A stretch of DNA of 64,000 bases from Octopus vulgaris (GCA_951406725.2 OX597826.1:58218001-58282000), one strand, 5' to 3'. Shown: positions 1 to 15,896, counted from the stretch's first letter. Notes: a model not told the origin generated them from the letters alone. A program made the numbers and translations.

Positions 1-589
1 TATTACATTATAAGCTACTGTATATATGGCAAATATTATTTTTCTACGTCACATTTTATGTGGTGTGTTCTAAATACAAAAAAAGTATTTTTTTCTTCAT
101 TTCTGTTTAGTCTTGCTAATTCACTTTACGTCCAGTTGAGAATATTATAAGTATAATTTATTACTGGAACACATAAAGTATTTATACCTATAATTTTATC
201 TTTTGCATTTGATTGTTTGAAACATCAATCTTATGTATTTATAATATTCCTTTCAAAACTCTTCTTTCGTTGCTAATGGAAGTCAGCGCTTAGTCTGTCT
301 AATTATCTCATCTGTTTCTATGTCTAACATGATCTTACTGGTCATATTTCTTTTTCTTCATTAAAAATGATATTAGCAATTTAACATGACATAAATGTTT
401 TTATTATTATTTTTAACAGCTTTATTATTTATTTGAAAGATAGCAAGCATAGCCGTCACTCGCAAGTGAGTAGGATTTGGTAATATGTATCGAAATTTCG
501 CTCATTATTTTAGGTGCCTATGCAGTCGTAAGCAGACACAGAGGCCATTTCGGGCCTCGTACCCTCTAACCCAGCAGTACAATCAGAAT

Positions 590-740
590 GAGACAGCTGG
601 CATTTGCTCACTCTTTACGTTCTGAGTTCAAATTCTGTCGGCGTTGACTTTACTTTTTATCCTTTCGGGGCCAATAAAACAAGTACCAGTCGAGCACCTC
701 CTCCAAAATTTCAGGCTTGTGCCTATAGACGAAATGATAA
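590..740 (+). mobile_element. SINE family A, old copy with tail type 2 (partial)
   Basis: TACGTTCTGAGTTCAAATTC (B-box-like), then GTTGACTTTACTTTTTATCCTTTCGGGG..AAGTACCAG, then CCAAAATTTCAGGCTTGTGCC. Confidence 0.7.
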
Positions 741-1179
741 TTATCACCGACTGTTTCCAATAGTTTTTTGACAGACGACTATTAACTGCATTACCAAATG
801 CATCTTCGTATTGCTCTGGCATGAGCAGCAGCGGCCTTTGAAAATGCAAGGTTGCATTTATACGCTAATTCAGTTCTTTTGATTTCTGGTAAAATTTGTC
901 TTGTGGTTTACGGCGTTGAGTGATTTTTGTATTGTGTAGACCATATGTTGTGTGGGTTCAGTAATTTTGCTTCAGAGGAAATATGCAGAATATGCACTAT
1001 GTGGGTTGTGTTTCTATGCTAGAAGTGTGCATTGTGTGACAATATTTGAGAAGTAACTGCGTAGAATATGTCTTAGTTGGAGTGTGTTACTATATTTAAA
1101 AGAAACTGCGCAGAATGTGTTGTGTGGGATGTGTCATTGCATCTTAGAAGCAACTGTGTATGATGCGTATTGTCAAGGA

Positions 1180-1413
1180 CATTGCTACACAAAGTGGTGG
1201 TCCACAGACCGGTGCCGGTCCGGCACGCGGCCAGTTTCCAGAAACATTATAAAATACTTATAAAATGCTTATGTAATATTGTATTAGTTGTTTACAAAAT
1301 AAATATATATTGTTTCCGGTATAAATTAATATTACTAAGAAGTATTACCGGTCCTTGGCACATTGGAAAACAAAAATGGCGTTACGTCATTTCAGATAGT
1401 TTGAGAAACACTG
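1180..1413. mobile_element. hAT (Charlie-like) MITE
   Basis: Termini CATTGCTACACAAA / TTTGAGAAACACTG (imperfect TIR). 8-bp TSD GTCAAGGA (1172-1179) / GTCTAGGA (1414-1421). Confidence 0.75.
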
Positions 1414-1742
1414 GTCTAGGATGCGTCACTATATTTGAAGAGTAACAGTATAGAGAAGTTATGGGCATACTGCAGCTTGCTCGACTTTCTAAATAGCAGG
1501 ATTAATGAAAAATTAATTTGAATTGTTTTAGTAGGACAGCTAGCCTGATAATGAGTCATATCTCATGAGGCCCGATTTACCAAAACGGTTGCTTATGCCT
1601 GATGGAGATCATGTGCTCGGTGGGTTGTATTACTATATTTGAAGAGTAACTACGCAAAATATACAGAGTGTGTGTGTGTATGTGGCAGGAGTACTTGTGA
1701 CTATATTTCAGGAGTAACTGTGTTGAATATGTAGTGTTGAAT

Positions 1743-1963
1743 AAGGCGGCGAGCTGACAGAAACGTTAGCACGCCGGGCGAAATGCTTAGCGGTATTTCA
1801 TCTGTCGTTACGTTCTGAATTCAAATTCCGCCGAGGACGACTTTGCCTTTCATCCTCTCGGGGTCGATAAATAAAGTACCAGTTTCGCACTGGGTCGATG
1901 TAATCGACTTAATCCCTTTGTTTGTCCCCTCTATGTTTAACCCCTTGTGGGTAGTAAAGAAAT
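1743..1963 (+). mobile_element. SINE family A (tRNA-like head, central GTCGACTTTGCCTTTCATCC domain), tail type 1
   Basis: AAGGCGGCGAGCTG..GAATTCAAATTCCGCC head and tail TTGTCCCCTCTATGTTTAACCCCTTGTGGGTAGTAAAGAAATA. Highly similar to the copies at 2430, 17860, 19571 and 37862. Confidence 0.9.
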
Positions 1964-2288
1964 ATATATTTGAAGAGTTACTACGCAAAATATACATAGT
2001 GTGTGTGTATGTGGCAGGTCCATTTATTATATTTAGGGAGTAACTGTACAAGCTATACAGTATGAGGGGCGTGTTACAATATTTGGGGAGTAACTATGTT
2101 GAATATGTAGTGCATGGATCCTTTAATTAAATTTAGGGAGTAACTGTATAAAATATATAGTATGCGGCACGTGCTACAATATTTGGGGAGTAACTGTAAA
2201 ATATGTAGTTGGGGAGCGTGTTACAATATTTGGGGAGTAACTGTGTTGAATATGTAGTGTGTGGGTATTTATATTATATTTGGGGAGT

Positions 2289-2343
<55 letters not shown>

Positions 2344-2429
2344 TGTGTATGTGTGAGAGAGAGTTCTTGTTATATTTCACGAGTAACTGTGTTGACTATA
2401 TAGTGTGTGTTGACTATATATAGCTCTAC

Positions 2430-2660
2430 GCGGCGAGCTGGCAGAATCGTTAGCATGCCGGACAAAATGCTTAGCGGTATTTTGTCTGCCGCTACGTTCT
2501 GAGTTCAAATTCCGCCGAGGTCGACTTTGCCTTTCATCCTTTCGGGGTCGATAAATAAAGTACCAGTTTCGCACTGGGGTCGATGTAATTGACTTAATCC
2601 CTTTGTCTGTCCTTGTTTGTCCCCTCTGTGTTTAGCTCCTTGTGGGTAGTAAAGAAATAT
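2430..2660 (+). mobile_element. SINE family A, tail type 1
   Basis: Near full-length copy with the same head, central domain and tail as 1743-1963. Confidence 0.9.
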
Positions 2661-2994
2661 ATATATAGTGTGTGTTGGGGGAAGGGGAGAGCGTGTTACT
2701 GTAATTCAGGAGTAATTGCAATGGGTACTCTTATTACATTTTGGGGAGTAACTGTATAAAATATTTTGGTGAAGGGAAGTGGAGGAAGGGGGCGTGTTAC
2801 AATAACTGATGAGTAACAATGTAGAATATGTTGGTGTCTGGGTCCTGTCAATTGATTGGAAGATGGTTGTGTTCTATACGTGCGGTTCTACAACGATTCT
2901 GCAGAGTATGTGTGCCGTGTAAGCAGTATGTTGGTGTATTGATAGATGATTGCGTGGAATATATGATGGGCACAAGATGTTACAGGAATGAAAT

Positions 2995-3055
2995 ATCATC
3001 ATCGTCATCATCATCATCGCTATCATCATGATCGTCATCATCGTCGTCGACGTCG

Positions 3056-3089
<34 letters not shown>

Positions 3090-3201
3090 TGTCATCGTCG
3101 TCATCGTCGTTGACTTCATCATCATCAGCGTTGTCGTCGTCATCATCACCATCATCATCATCATCAACACCACCACCATCATCATCGTCATCGTTGTCAT
3201 G

Positions 3202-3292
<91 letters not shown>

Positions 3293-3312
3293 TTATTATT
3301 ACTATTATTATC

Positions 3313-3344
<32 letters not shown>

Positions 3345-3346
3345 CA

Positions 3347-3381
<35 letters not shown>

Positions 3382-3430
3382 ATTATTATTATTATTATTA
3401 TCGTTGTTGTTATTGTTGTTATTATTATTT
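2995..3430. repeat. (ATC/GTC)n grading into (ATT)n microsatellite
   Basis: Direct reading. Source of the spurious poly-Ile/Met ORFs. Confidence 0.95.
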
Positions 3431-3764
3431 GCTTTCGTAAATGCTTATACATGGCCAGAATTGTAATTCCATTGAATATAGTGTGTAAAGAGTGTACAGA
3501 CACCCTCCCCACACACATTCATACACACATACACACACCCATACACACCCACACACGCACTCACGCACATCTGCATATATTTACATACACAAGCATACAG
3601 ACACACAAACAACAGACATATTTAAAACCCGGTGTACAGAAAATATGCAAATAATAAACACAGCGAACATTAGCCATAAAACAGGAAATAAAACTCAAAG
3701 TAACGTTAACGGACGTACATATATACACACAAACACATACGCTTATATACCCCGCTAACACCCT

Positions 3765-4007
3765 TACACACACACACACACACTCATATATATACATTCG
3801 CAATACATACACACATACGCACACACTCACATATATACATTCGCAATACACACACACACACACACACTCACACACTCACATATATACATTCCCAATATAT
3901 ACACACACACTCACATATATACATTCGCAATACACACACACACACATATATGTATAAATGTATAGGCTAGACGTATATGTTTATGCATATATACACATAT
4001 ATATATC

Positions 4008-4055
<48 letters not shown>

Positions 4056-4165
4056 CGCACATATATACATTCGCAATACATACATACATACACACACATA
4101 TAATATATATATATGTATAAATGTATAGGCTAGACGTATATGTTTATGCATATATACACACACAC

Positions 4166-4197
<32 letters not shown>

Positions 4198-4321
4198 GCC
4201 CATATATACATTCGCAATACATACATACACGCCCATATATACATTCGCAATACATACATACATACACACACATAATATATATATAAATGTATAGGGTAGA
4301 CGTATATGTTTATGCATATAT

Positions 4322-4369
<48 letters not shown>

Positions 4370-4409
4370 CACACACACACATAAACATATATACATATAT
4401 ATGTATGTG

Positions 4410-4440
<31 letters not shown>

Positions 4441-4445
4441 ATGTG
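3765..4445. repeat. CA/TA-rich tract with ~165-bp tandem units
   Basis: Anchor TATAAATGTATAGG(C/G)TAGACGTATATGTTTATGCATATATACAC at ~3953, ~4115 and ~4281. Confidence 0.75.
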
Positions 4446-4794
4446 TGTTCTGTTGCTTCCATTCTGTTTACTATGTAGTTTTTTTATTCTTCAAAAAATG
4501 ATATTTTTTTTTAACATGTCCATTGAAATCTCTATGAGTAAAGCAAAAGCGTTTCTCTAACGCAGGACAAAAGGCGGGATGATTGGAGTGGCGGGAGGAG
4601 GAACGTTTTCACCAGTCTGCTTTCTTGATTCAATCAAACTGGTGTTGATATGAGAACTATCGTGTGCATAAATATTTGTGTATACATACATAATACATAC
4701 ATATACTCGTATATACATGCGTTCATAGTTATATAAGTAATATATAAGTACTTGAACATATACATATATATACACATATCTATCTATATTCATG

Positions 4795-7800
<3,006 letters not shown>

Positions 7801-8675
7801 TCGTATGAGAGAGAAGGTGAGATAAATAAACACACAGGGAAAGAGAGAGAAAGAGAGATTGAGGTGGGGGAGAAGAAGAGTGAAAGAGAAAGAGAGACGG
7901 TGTTGAATTATTCGAAAATAATGAAGTTTTTCCTTCAGAATTCTTCTCGTAAACGTTTAGATTTGGAAATAACAGTATACTTGGTTTCGTTTTAAAATAT
8001 TGAAAGTGAGGCTTTTTTGTTCGAATGATTTAACTCACCTCGCCGTAAAACTCAACAACAACAACAACAACAACAACGATGCTGCTGCTGCTACTGATGA
8101 TGACAACAACAACAGTAGCAAGAACGGCAACTACGTCATCATCGAATGTAAGAAAAAAGATTCAGACACACAAAATAATAAATAAATAGATAAATAAATC
8201 GTCTAAAAATTCTATGAAACCATCGATTTAGGTATTCAGAAATACGCTTCAATGTTCGTTCGAGACCGTCTCTACCCTCTCACTTGCGATGTCTTATGCT
8301 TCGTATTTGCAGTTACACACACACACACACACACACAAAAAACTACACACACACACACACACACACAAAACTACACACACACACACACACATACACACAC
8401 ACGCATCTTTCTCTTAAACAGTTGTTGCCGTGTGCACATTAAAATATTCTCAGTTTTGGTTAGATCGATAACAGAACCACTTTGGCGAAACGTTTTCGAC
8501 AAAATATTTTCCAGTATTTATTAATGTTACGTTTTGTGCTTGAAGATCAAATCCGGCCGTGGTCATCTCGCTGGGGTGGGAGTAGTGGGGTGATGAAGGT
8601 TAACAAAATAAAGTGACAGTTGAGTTCTGATATCGTAGTAATGAATCAATACATCTCTTGTCCCAAAATTGCTGG

Positions 8676-8992
8676 CAGTGGTGCCGCTAAGACGTGTGCC
8701 GCTGCTGGGCTGCCCTTAAGTTTGCCACTTCCTATCCCGCAAATAGTCTACACAGTCTTATATAGCATATCCAAAAGATATAGCAGATCTCTTGTCCCAA
8801 AATTGCTGGCAGTGGTGCCGCTAAGACGTGTGCCGCTGCAGGGCTGCCCTTAAGTTTGCCACTTCCTTTCCCGCAAATAGTCTACACAGGCTTATATAGC
8901 AAATCCAAAAGTGTTGCACCCGTAAAAGTGTCAAGCAGGGTGGGCTACCCCAGTTGCCCCTTCCTCCGTCTTCCCCTCTTGCTACGTCACAG
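8676..8992. mobile_element. hAT-type MITE inserted in a SINE-A tail, with a 134-bp tandem duplication over its left junction
   Basis: Ends CAGTGGTGCCGC / GCTACGTCACAG. 8-bp TSD ATTGCTGG / ATCGCTGG (8993-9000). Segment starting at 8653 is repeated from 8787. Confidence 0.6.
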
Positions 8993-9039
8993 ATCGCTGG
9001 CCTTGTCTCCAGATTAGAAGCAATGTTACATTTCAAGGC

Positions 9040-9252
9040 TGCGAAGTGATAAAATCATCAGTGTCGAGATTTCAAAAAATGCGTTGCCGTATTTCTTTAC
9101 GTTGTGAGTTCAAATCCTACCGGAGATCAACTTTACTTTTCACCATTTCGGAGTCAATAAAATAAAGTACCAGTCAAGAAAAGAGATCGATGGTACCAAC
9201 TAATACCGTTCCTCTAAAATTCTTGTCCTTATGCCTAAACCAGAAGCAATTA
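9040..9252 (+). mobile_element. SINE family A, degenerate, tail type 2
   Basis: TACGTTGTGAGTTCAAATCC..CAACTTTACTTTCACCATTTCGGAGTCAATAAA..AGTACCAG..AAATTCTTGTCCTTATGCC. Confidence 0.65.
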
Positions 9253-9359
9253 ATGGCACCAAGCTGAAAGAAAGCTTTGCGTTATTTGTTCCGATTCTTC
9301 GTGTTCGGAGTTCAGTTCTAAAGAGTCATCATCGTCTTTCTTTCTTTCAAGTAACCTTC

Positions 9360-9442
9360 AGTACGATGGCCGAGTGGTTACGGCTTTGGAATTAAGTTCT
9401 AATGGACATCTGTCCGCGTGGGTTCGAACCCCACTCGTGCTA
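9360..9442 (+). tRNA. tRNA-Leu(TAA): tRNA-Leu, anticodon TAA (gene or recent pseudogene)
   Basis: 83 nt. Acceptor stem AGTACGA/TCGTGCT plus discriminator A; A-box TGGCCGAGTGG; anticodon arm TTGGA-ATTAAGT-TCTAA; long variable arm GGACATCTGTCC; B-box GGTTCGAACCC. Has atypical A32 and D-loop changes and no oligo-T terminator. Confidence 0.85.
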
Positions 9443-9455
9443 ATAAATTCTTATT

Positions 9456-9618
9456 GGCGTAGGAGTGGCTGTGTGGTAAGTAGCTTGCTTACCAACCACA
9501 TGGTTCCGGGTTCAGTCCCACTACGTGGCACCTTGGACAAGTGTCTTCTACTATAGCCTCGGGCCGATAAAAAGCTTTGTGAGTGGATTTGGTAGACGGA
9601 AACTGAAAGAAACCCGTC

Positions 9619-9620
<2 letters not shown>
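9456..9620 (+). mobile_element. SINE family B (tRNA-like head + CORE-like CCTTGG(G/A)CAAG), 5' half ending in (TA)n
   Basis: Matches the 5' half of the full copy at 33186-33563. Confidence 0.85.
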
Positions 9621-9683
<63 letters not shown>

Positions 9684-9686
<3 letters not shown>

Positions 9687-10126
9687 CGGTTTCGATTCCC
9701 AGACCGGTCATTATGAGTGTTTATTAAGCGAGTGGGTGGTGGTGAACCCTGCTATATTCTTTCACCATATACTCTTTCACCATAACTTTCTCTCGCGCTT
9801 TCTTCCTGTTTCTGTTGTACATGTATTTCAAAGGGCCAGCCTTGTCACACTCTGTGTCACGCTGAATCTCCCTGAGAACTACGCGAAAGGTACACATGTC
9901 TGTGGAGTGCTCAGCCACTTGCACGTTAATAAATGAGCTGCGACGTCACTGGTGCCAAGCTGTATCGGCCTTTCTCTTTCCCTTGGATAACATCGGTGGC
10001 GTGGAGAGGGGAAGCTGGTATGTGTGGGCGACTGCTGGTCTTCCATAAAGAACCTTGCCCAGATTTGTGCCTCGGAGGGTAACTTTCTAGGTGCAATTCC
10101 ATGATCATTCATGACCGAAGGGTGTC
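9684..10126 (+). mobile_element. Chimera: SINE family C body (9684-9930) joined to SINE family D 3' half (9931-10126)
   Basis: The first part matches 24592-24978 (reverse complement). The second part matches 59595-59795 (reverse complement). Confidence 0.75.
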
Positions 10127-10721
10127 ACAACACTAGGAGTGTTGGTTTCAACAGTGATTTAAAAAATCCGAATTCTTTGAAAAATACACATTGGCCTTTT
10201 CGGGATCTAACTTCTCACTGTACATTATAGTTATTGAAATGTAATATGCTCTCATCTCAGCATAGCCCTTCTTTTTGAAATGCAGGAATTTAAATTTAAA
10301 TTAGTGAAGCAAGAAAAGACCAACGTGATCACTGATGTCTGCCAAGAAAGTTGATCCCATTGTTAAATCGAAAGGATTATGTAGTTAATTCTTTCTTTCC
10401 TCCGGAGTGCATCTTTGTGCTGTAGAACCGCTTTTCTTGGGCGAAAAATGTTAACGTTTGAATACTGATCTCATTTACAAGAGGAAAAGTAATGGAAGCG
10501 TAATGCCACCTAATATCAAATTGCAAAAAATTTGGTATTAATATGAGGAATCCCGCTAAACCAACAAGTCACTGCCTGCGTATTTTGCCGGTGGTAAGAG
10601 TGGTACCTCCTTAAATTTAGGGTGTTAATTTATCAAGAAACTATTTACTGATTTCCCCTGTATCACTTTTGCTAGGGTTGATTAATCTTATCGTGGGTTT
10701 ATCGTTAGGTTTATAGGCTTA

Positions 10722-10867
<146 letters not shown>

Positions 10868-10904
10868 GCATATAAACATATATTGTATGTATGTGTGTGT
10901 ATAC

Positions 10905-10997
<93 letters not shown>

Positions 10998-11249
10998 CAT
11001 ATATACATATATATATATATGTGTGTGTGTGTGTATATACGTATACTTATATATACTTACGACTCTCTGTTTGTGTGTTTAGTTATGTATTCAAACGGTA
11101 TGCACTTATACGTACACAAATTTCAAAGTAATCATTGCATACATACATACATACATACATACATACATACATACATACATACATACATACATGTATATAT
11201 ATATATATATATTTCTATCCATCTATATCTATATCTATCTATCTAACTG

Positions 11250-11334
<85 letters not shown>

Positions 11335-11341
11335 CTATCTA

Positions 11342-11382
<41 letters not shown>

Positions 11383-12574
11383 TTGTGTGTGTGTGTGGGG
11401 GTATGCTAGTGTGTTTGTATGTGCGTATGCGTCTGTAAGTATGTGTGTAAAACACCTCATCCATAAATAGTTGGTGGCGGTGTATGTGTGTATGCGACGC
11501 GGATTAGATATATCTGAAAGTGGTTAGCAATTTACAACGAGGCCTTTAATTTATTCAACAAGAAGCTGCGACGTCAATCAACCGCCATTGCAGTAATGAT
11601 AACATATTTTCCAAGAATGCGATGACAAGAAAACCATTTATTGTTAGGGATCATGGAATAAGGAGCATCAAGAAGTGATTACCTATCATTTCCCTAAACT
11701 CCTATCGTTTATATATTCATTTATATACATTTTCTTTGTTGGTTTCTTTGTTTGTACCGTTGGTTATTCTGACTCCTGCCGCCAGCTATTTTCTCTTCAT
11801 GATAAATATATAATGGCCTGAAATGAGAAAAAACCTTAGTTGTAGAAGGTTCTAAAAATTCCCTGCGTGTGGCCTGCACAGTTTTGTAAAATGAGAAAAG
11901 GCCGCTTACGGTATTCAAACGCCAACGGCATAAAATGGGTCATATTTTTGTAAAAGTTGGAGCGTCTTGTATAATGTTGATGCTTCTGTTGCTGATGTTG
12001 TTGTTGATGTTTTAGCCCCAGGACAGTTCTGATCTGACAGACCTACGAACAAAGGTGATCCAATCGTGACCGTCTCGTTTTTGCTTTTCTCTTTTATACT
12101 GTGTATCTAAAATGACATTATACAATCTACGTGTCCGTTACTGCCGCTGTTGTTGCTTTTGTTGCTATGTAGCCCCAGGATACTTCAGATCTAACACAAC
12201 TACGAACAAAACGTTCCAATCGTGGCCACCACGGTTTTTCTGTCTTTAGGCCTAGATTTTTCTTTGAGTTTCTTCTCTTACGCTTCTGTTATTTTTATGA
12301 CCATCCTCAGGTCATCATATTCAGCTCCAGGTCATCGTGGAGACCTATGATCTAAGCGTTCTACTCGTGACCTCCTCATCTATTTTTTTATGTATCTAAG
12401 ACTTCATTCTTCAATGTGTGCTTCCTCCTTTCCTAGCAACATGGTAAAATCTGATTTAAGAAATATTTAGCTGCTATTTCTAGCTTCTCACACGATTGCG
12501 TAGAAGATTTTTCGTGGACCAGAAATATAACCTGGATTAGATTTTAAACTGTTATATTTTTAAAATTTTCTTTG

Positions 12575-12740
12575 TGGTTGTGGTGTAAGAAACTTACTTC
12601 TAACCATGTGGTCTTGGGTTCAGTCTCACTAAGTGGCACCTTGGGTAAGTGTCTTCTACTATAGCCTCGAGTCGACCAAAGTCTTGTCAGCGAAACTGGT
12701 TGACGGAAACTGAAAGAATCCCGGCGTGCTAATGTGTCTG
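12575..12740 (+). mobile_element. SINE family B, 5' half
   Basis: GTGGTGTAAGAAACTTACTTCTAACCATGTGG..GGGTTCAGTC..CACCTTGGGTAAGTGTCTTC. Confidence 0.8.
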
Positions 12741-12764
12741 CTAACTCGTCGCCTTAACATCAAT

Positions 12765-12932
12765 AATAGTTTTAGATTTTAGCACAATGCCCGCAATTTC
12801 TGCGGAACTGTTAAATCGACTGCTCAACTGATAAAGTCGACCTTGGAGGAATTTGAACTCAGACCGTAAAAGCGGACGAAATGCTGCTAAGCATTTTGCC
12901 AGACGTACTACCGATTCTGCCAGCTCGCCGTC
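12765..12932 (-). mobile_element. SINE family A, tail type 2, internally deleted
   Basis: Reverse complement gives GGCGAGCTGGCAGAATCGG..GAGTTCAAATTCC..GGTCGACTTT..GAAATTGCGGGCATTGTGCTAAAAT. Confidence 0.7.
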
Positions 12933-13589
12933 TAACCAATAATAATAATGATGATAAATAAAACCCAAATAACAATAACTAATGATTATTTTATGAGTGA
13001 CGTGGCTATTATTTGGTGACTGGAACATTATAGCCTGAAGGAATTCTGGAAAATTTGACAACATCATAAAAGTTTTGAGAGAGAACTTTCAGTAAAACAA
13101 AAAGAATTACAAGAAATAAAGTGAAAATAAATAAAATATACAAAGAAAAAAGAGAAAAAAAAAATTGGCAGCGAGGCTGGAACGCAAATTTTACTCCCCA
13201 AGAATCTTTCGTTCTACCTTGAAAAACCAAAAAATAAATAGAAATAAAGCAACGATACAAGAGTACAGTACTGGAATGTTTGATTCGCTCCAACACTTTG
13301 GAACTGCTAAAATATTTCCTAAGGGAAAGAATTCTTTTTTCTCTGACTGAAGTGGTGCAGACTAAAATAATGAACCAAAACAAAAGAAAATTGAATTTCT
13401 AATTGTTATTATTTGTAGTGGTTGTCATTGTTATTCTTGATTTTTCCTGTCCTTCTCCCCACGATATTGTTGTTTAGCCCCAGGTCAGCTCTGATTGAGC
13501 AGACTTCTGATCACCCACGTTCGTTCCTGCTGTGATCATTCTATCGTATTTTGCTTTCACTTTCAAATTATCTTGAGTTGACGTGTAAG

Positions 13590-13790
13590 GTGAAGGCGCG
13601 TGGCTTAGTGATCACGGCGTTGCACTGATAATCGTAAGATCATGATTTGGTCTCCTGTAAATTAGTAACCCTGCGATAGCTGGGAAGTTACCCCTGCGAC
13701 AAACCGGCGTACTCTACCCTCTACGTTATAGACTCCGGGTTAAACTCCGGCTTTATGAGTCCGAGGGCTCAATACACAACTAACCCTTAG
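13590..13790 (+). mobile_element. tRNA-headed SINE related to family D, with a V-domain-like segment
   Basis: Head TGAAGGCGCGTGGCTTAGTG like 59939 (reverse complement), followed by AACCCTGCGA..CCGGCG and CTCCGGCTTTATGAG. The V-domain similarity is from recollection only. Confidence 0.45.
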
Positions 13791-14321
13791 TGTCTAGGGA
13801 CCAATTATTTAATATGTCCCTCTTTTTTATTTAACAAATGACAGTGTATTATGTGAAGGAGATTTGACCGCTACTTTTAACCGATGGAAAATAATTGTTT
13901 GTAGGGCAATTACTGATGTTAGTGTTTAAACCCAGTCGTGGCCATCCCATTTATTTTTTTTTATTTTCTGTTATAAATAATGTGTTTAAGATGACATTGT
14001 TTAATGTGTCCTTCATTTTTCAATGTCAGAAGTGTGATTTGTGGTGCATTTGGCAGCTGTTTCTCACGAGAAGTCATGAATTCTTCAGTGTTTTATTGTT
14101 GGTGTTGCTGCTGTTGTAATTTGACCCAAGGTCAATCCTGTTCGAATAAACCTATGATCAAATGTGCTTGTTGTAGCCATTTTTAGTTCCAGTTATTGAG
14201 TCTCGAGGTCTACATTTTGCAATATGCCTTCCCTTCGTCTAAGTCATTAGAGTGCGATATAGGGGAGATTCAACTGCTATTTCTAGTAAATCAATGATTT
14301 TCATAACGACTCCCTTTCTCC

Positions 14322-14368
<47 letters not shown>

Positions 14369-14627
14369 GTTTGATGTTGTTGGTGTTGTTACTGGTGACA
14401 AGGAGCAAACTTATCAAATACGTTCTTGCTGTGACCATCATGACTTTCCATCTCGTAGACTACTTAGGAGCGTAATATCCAATATGTACTTTCATTATTT
14501 ATGACAATATCGTATGATTTAAGGGAGATTTGACTGTTATTTCTTACATGACTGCTTAAAGGTTCTTTCGTTAAATGTTTATTGGTACTATTGATGTAGT
14601 TGTCATTGCGGTGATTTAGCCTAAGAC

Positions 14628-15403
14628 AGTGCCGGATTTAGACTGGGTGAACTTCAAACTACAAAAAGCTTCAAGACTATAATTTAATTTTTTTGCTGAA
14701 GGCCTAACAAAAATTGAAAACATTTTAAATAGTAATTACTAGCGATAGAAGCAGTATTAATATAAAAAAGGGTAATATTTATTCCCACTTAAAAGTGGAT
14801 GTTGTGTTAGAACACAGAATACTGAATTATTTAACATGGGAGAACCTCTCGTATGGGCTTTTGATACATTTGCTATCTCCAGCTGTCGAGCGTCTACCAT
14901 TGACAAGGCCAGGGAAGGCCGAAATCACATGATCTGGTAGTCTCGGCGGTGGCGATGGCGGGTGATTTATCGCCCGCTAGCGTTGTAAACAAGAGTACTT
15001 ATATACAACAAAAGCCCATACGAGAGGGTTCTCTCATGGTAACTATCGCAGTCAGTATTCTGTATTCTGATACAACATCCACTTTTAAATGGGGTAAGTA
15101 TTGGTTTCAAATTTTGGTACAAATCCAGAAATTTCGATGGAGGGGTTAAGTTGATTACATCGACCCCCAGTGCTCAACTGGTACTTATTTTATCGACCCC
15201 GAAAAGATGAAAGGCAAAGTCGACCTCGGCGGAATTTGAACTCACAACGTGAAGACGAACGAAATGCCGCTAAGCATTTTGCTCGGCGTGCTAACAATTC
15301 TGGAGATAAATATTACCTCTTTATATTTTAAACATTTTAGGGCTCCTAAAATTTGTGAACCCCTAAGATTTACAAGGTGTAGCTTGTGCATAAACTCCGT
15401 TCT
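14628..15403. mobile_element. Probable hAT-like MITE with an internal ~90-bp inverted repeat and a nested SINE-A (15103-15302, minus, tail 2)
   Basis: Ends CAGTGCCGGATTTA / TAAACTCCGTTCTG. Arms ~14774-14862 and ~15009-15102 are reverse complements (AAAAGTGGATGTTGT / ACAACATCCACTTTT; CTCTCGTATGGGCTTTTG / CAAAAGCCCATACGAGAG). Confidence 0.55.
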
Positions 15404-15481
15404 GGGTCGTCCTAATCATCCCAGGCTGGTCATTGAGCCGTTAATGCTTTCCTTTTCTCACCGCGATATTATTTATCATAA

Positions 15482-15680
15482 AGGCGCCTGCCTAGCTGGC
15501 GGAATTGTTAGCGTGTCGGACAAGCTTAACAACATTTCTTCCGACATCAACGCTCTGAGTTCAAATTCCGCCGGGGTCGAATTTGCCTTTCATCCTTTCG
15601 AGTTCGACACTAAGGGTCGATTACATCGACTTACCTGTCCCATCTGAAATTACTAGGCATAAGTCAAAATTTGAAACCAT
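15482..15680 (+). mobile_element. SINE family A, tail type 2
   Basis: CTGAGTTCAAATTCCGCCGGGGTCGAATTTGCCTTTCATCCTTTCG..AAAATTTGAAACC. Confidence 0.75.
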
Positions 15681-15896
15681 AATTATTTATCATGGAATAC
15701 TTGATATTCTTTAAAAATATTTAGCAACAATTACAAAATAATAATTGACTTCCGTCCGAATGGCGTCTATCATAATCTACCGTCTTAAAAGAGAGCATAA
15801 TAGTCTTAAGATAAATTATATCATTTGAAATGATGCAATGATCATAGCCGGAACAGCTTTTAAGATCAGAGCTGTTCTTGACCTAAATTACAACAG

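Larger units (their letters stand above)
930..2990. repeat. Degenerate ~50-70 bp tandem minisatellite (core TATATTTGxxGAGTAACTGT..AATATGTAGTG)
   Basis: Motif GAGTAACT recurs about 15 times, at ~50-bp spacing over 2038-2290. It is interrupted by a hAT MITE, a PLE-like fragment and two SINE-A copies. Confidence 0.7.
11980..14625 (-). repeat. Cluster of ~8 co-oriented degenerate copies of an old ~200-250 bp interspersed element (family E)
   Basis: Recurring GTTGTTTAGCCCCAGG..AGACCTATGATCAA..CGTGACCATC..GGAGATTTG(G/A)CTGCTATTTCTAG motifs at ~12005, 12165, 12305, 13470, 13850, 13920, 14115, 14390. Inverted copies at ~15740-15895 and ~29170-29520. Strand inferred from a (CAA)n tail. Confidence 0.6.
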
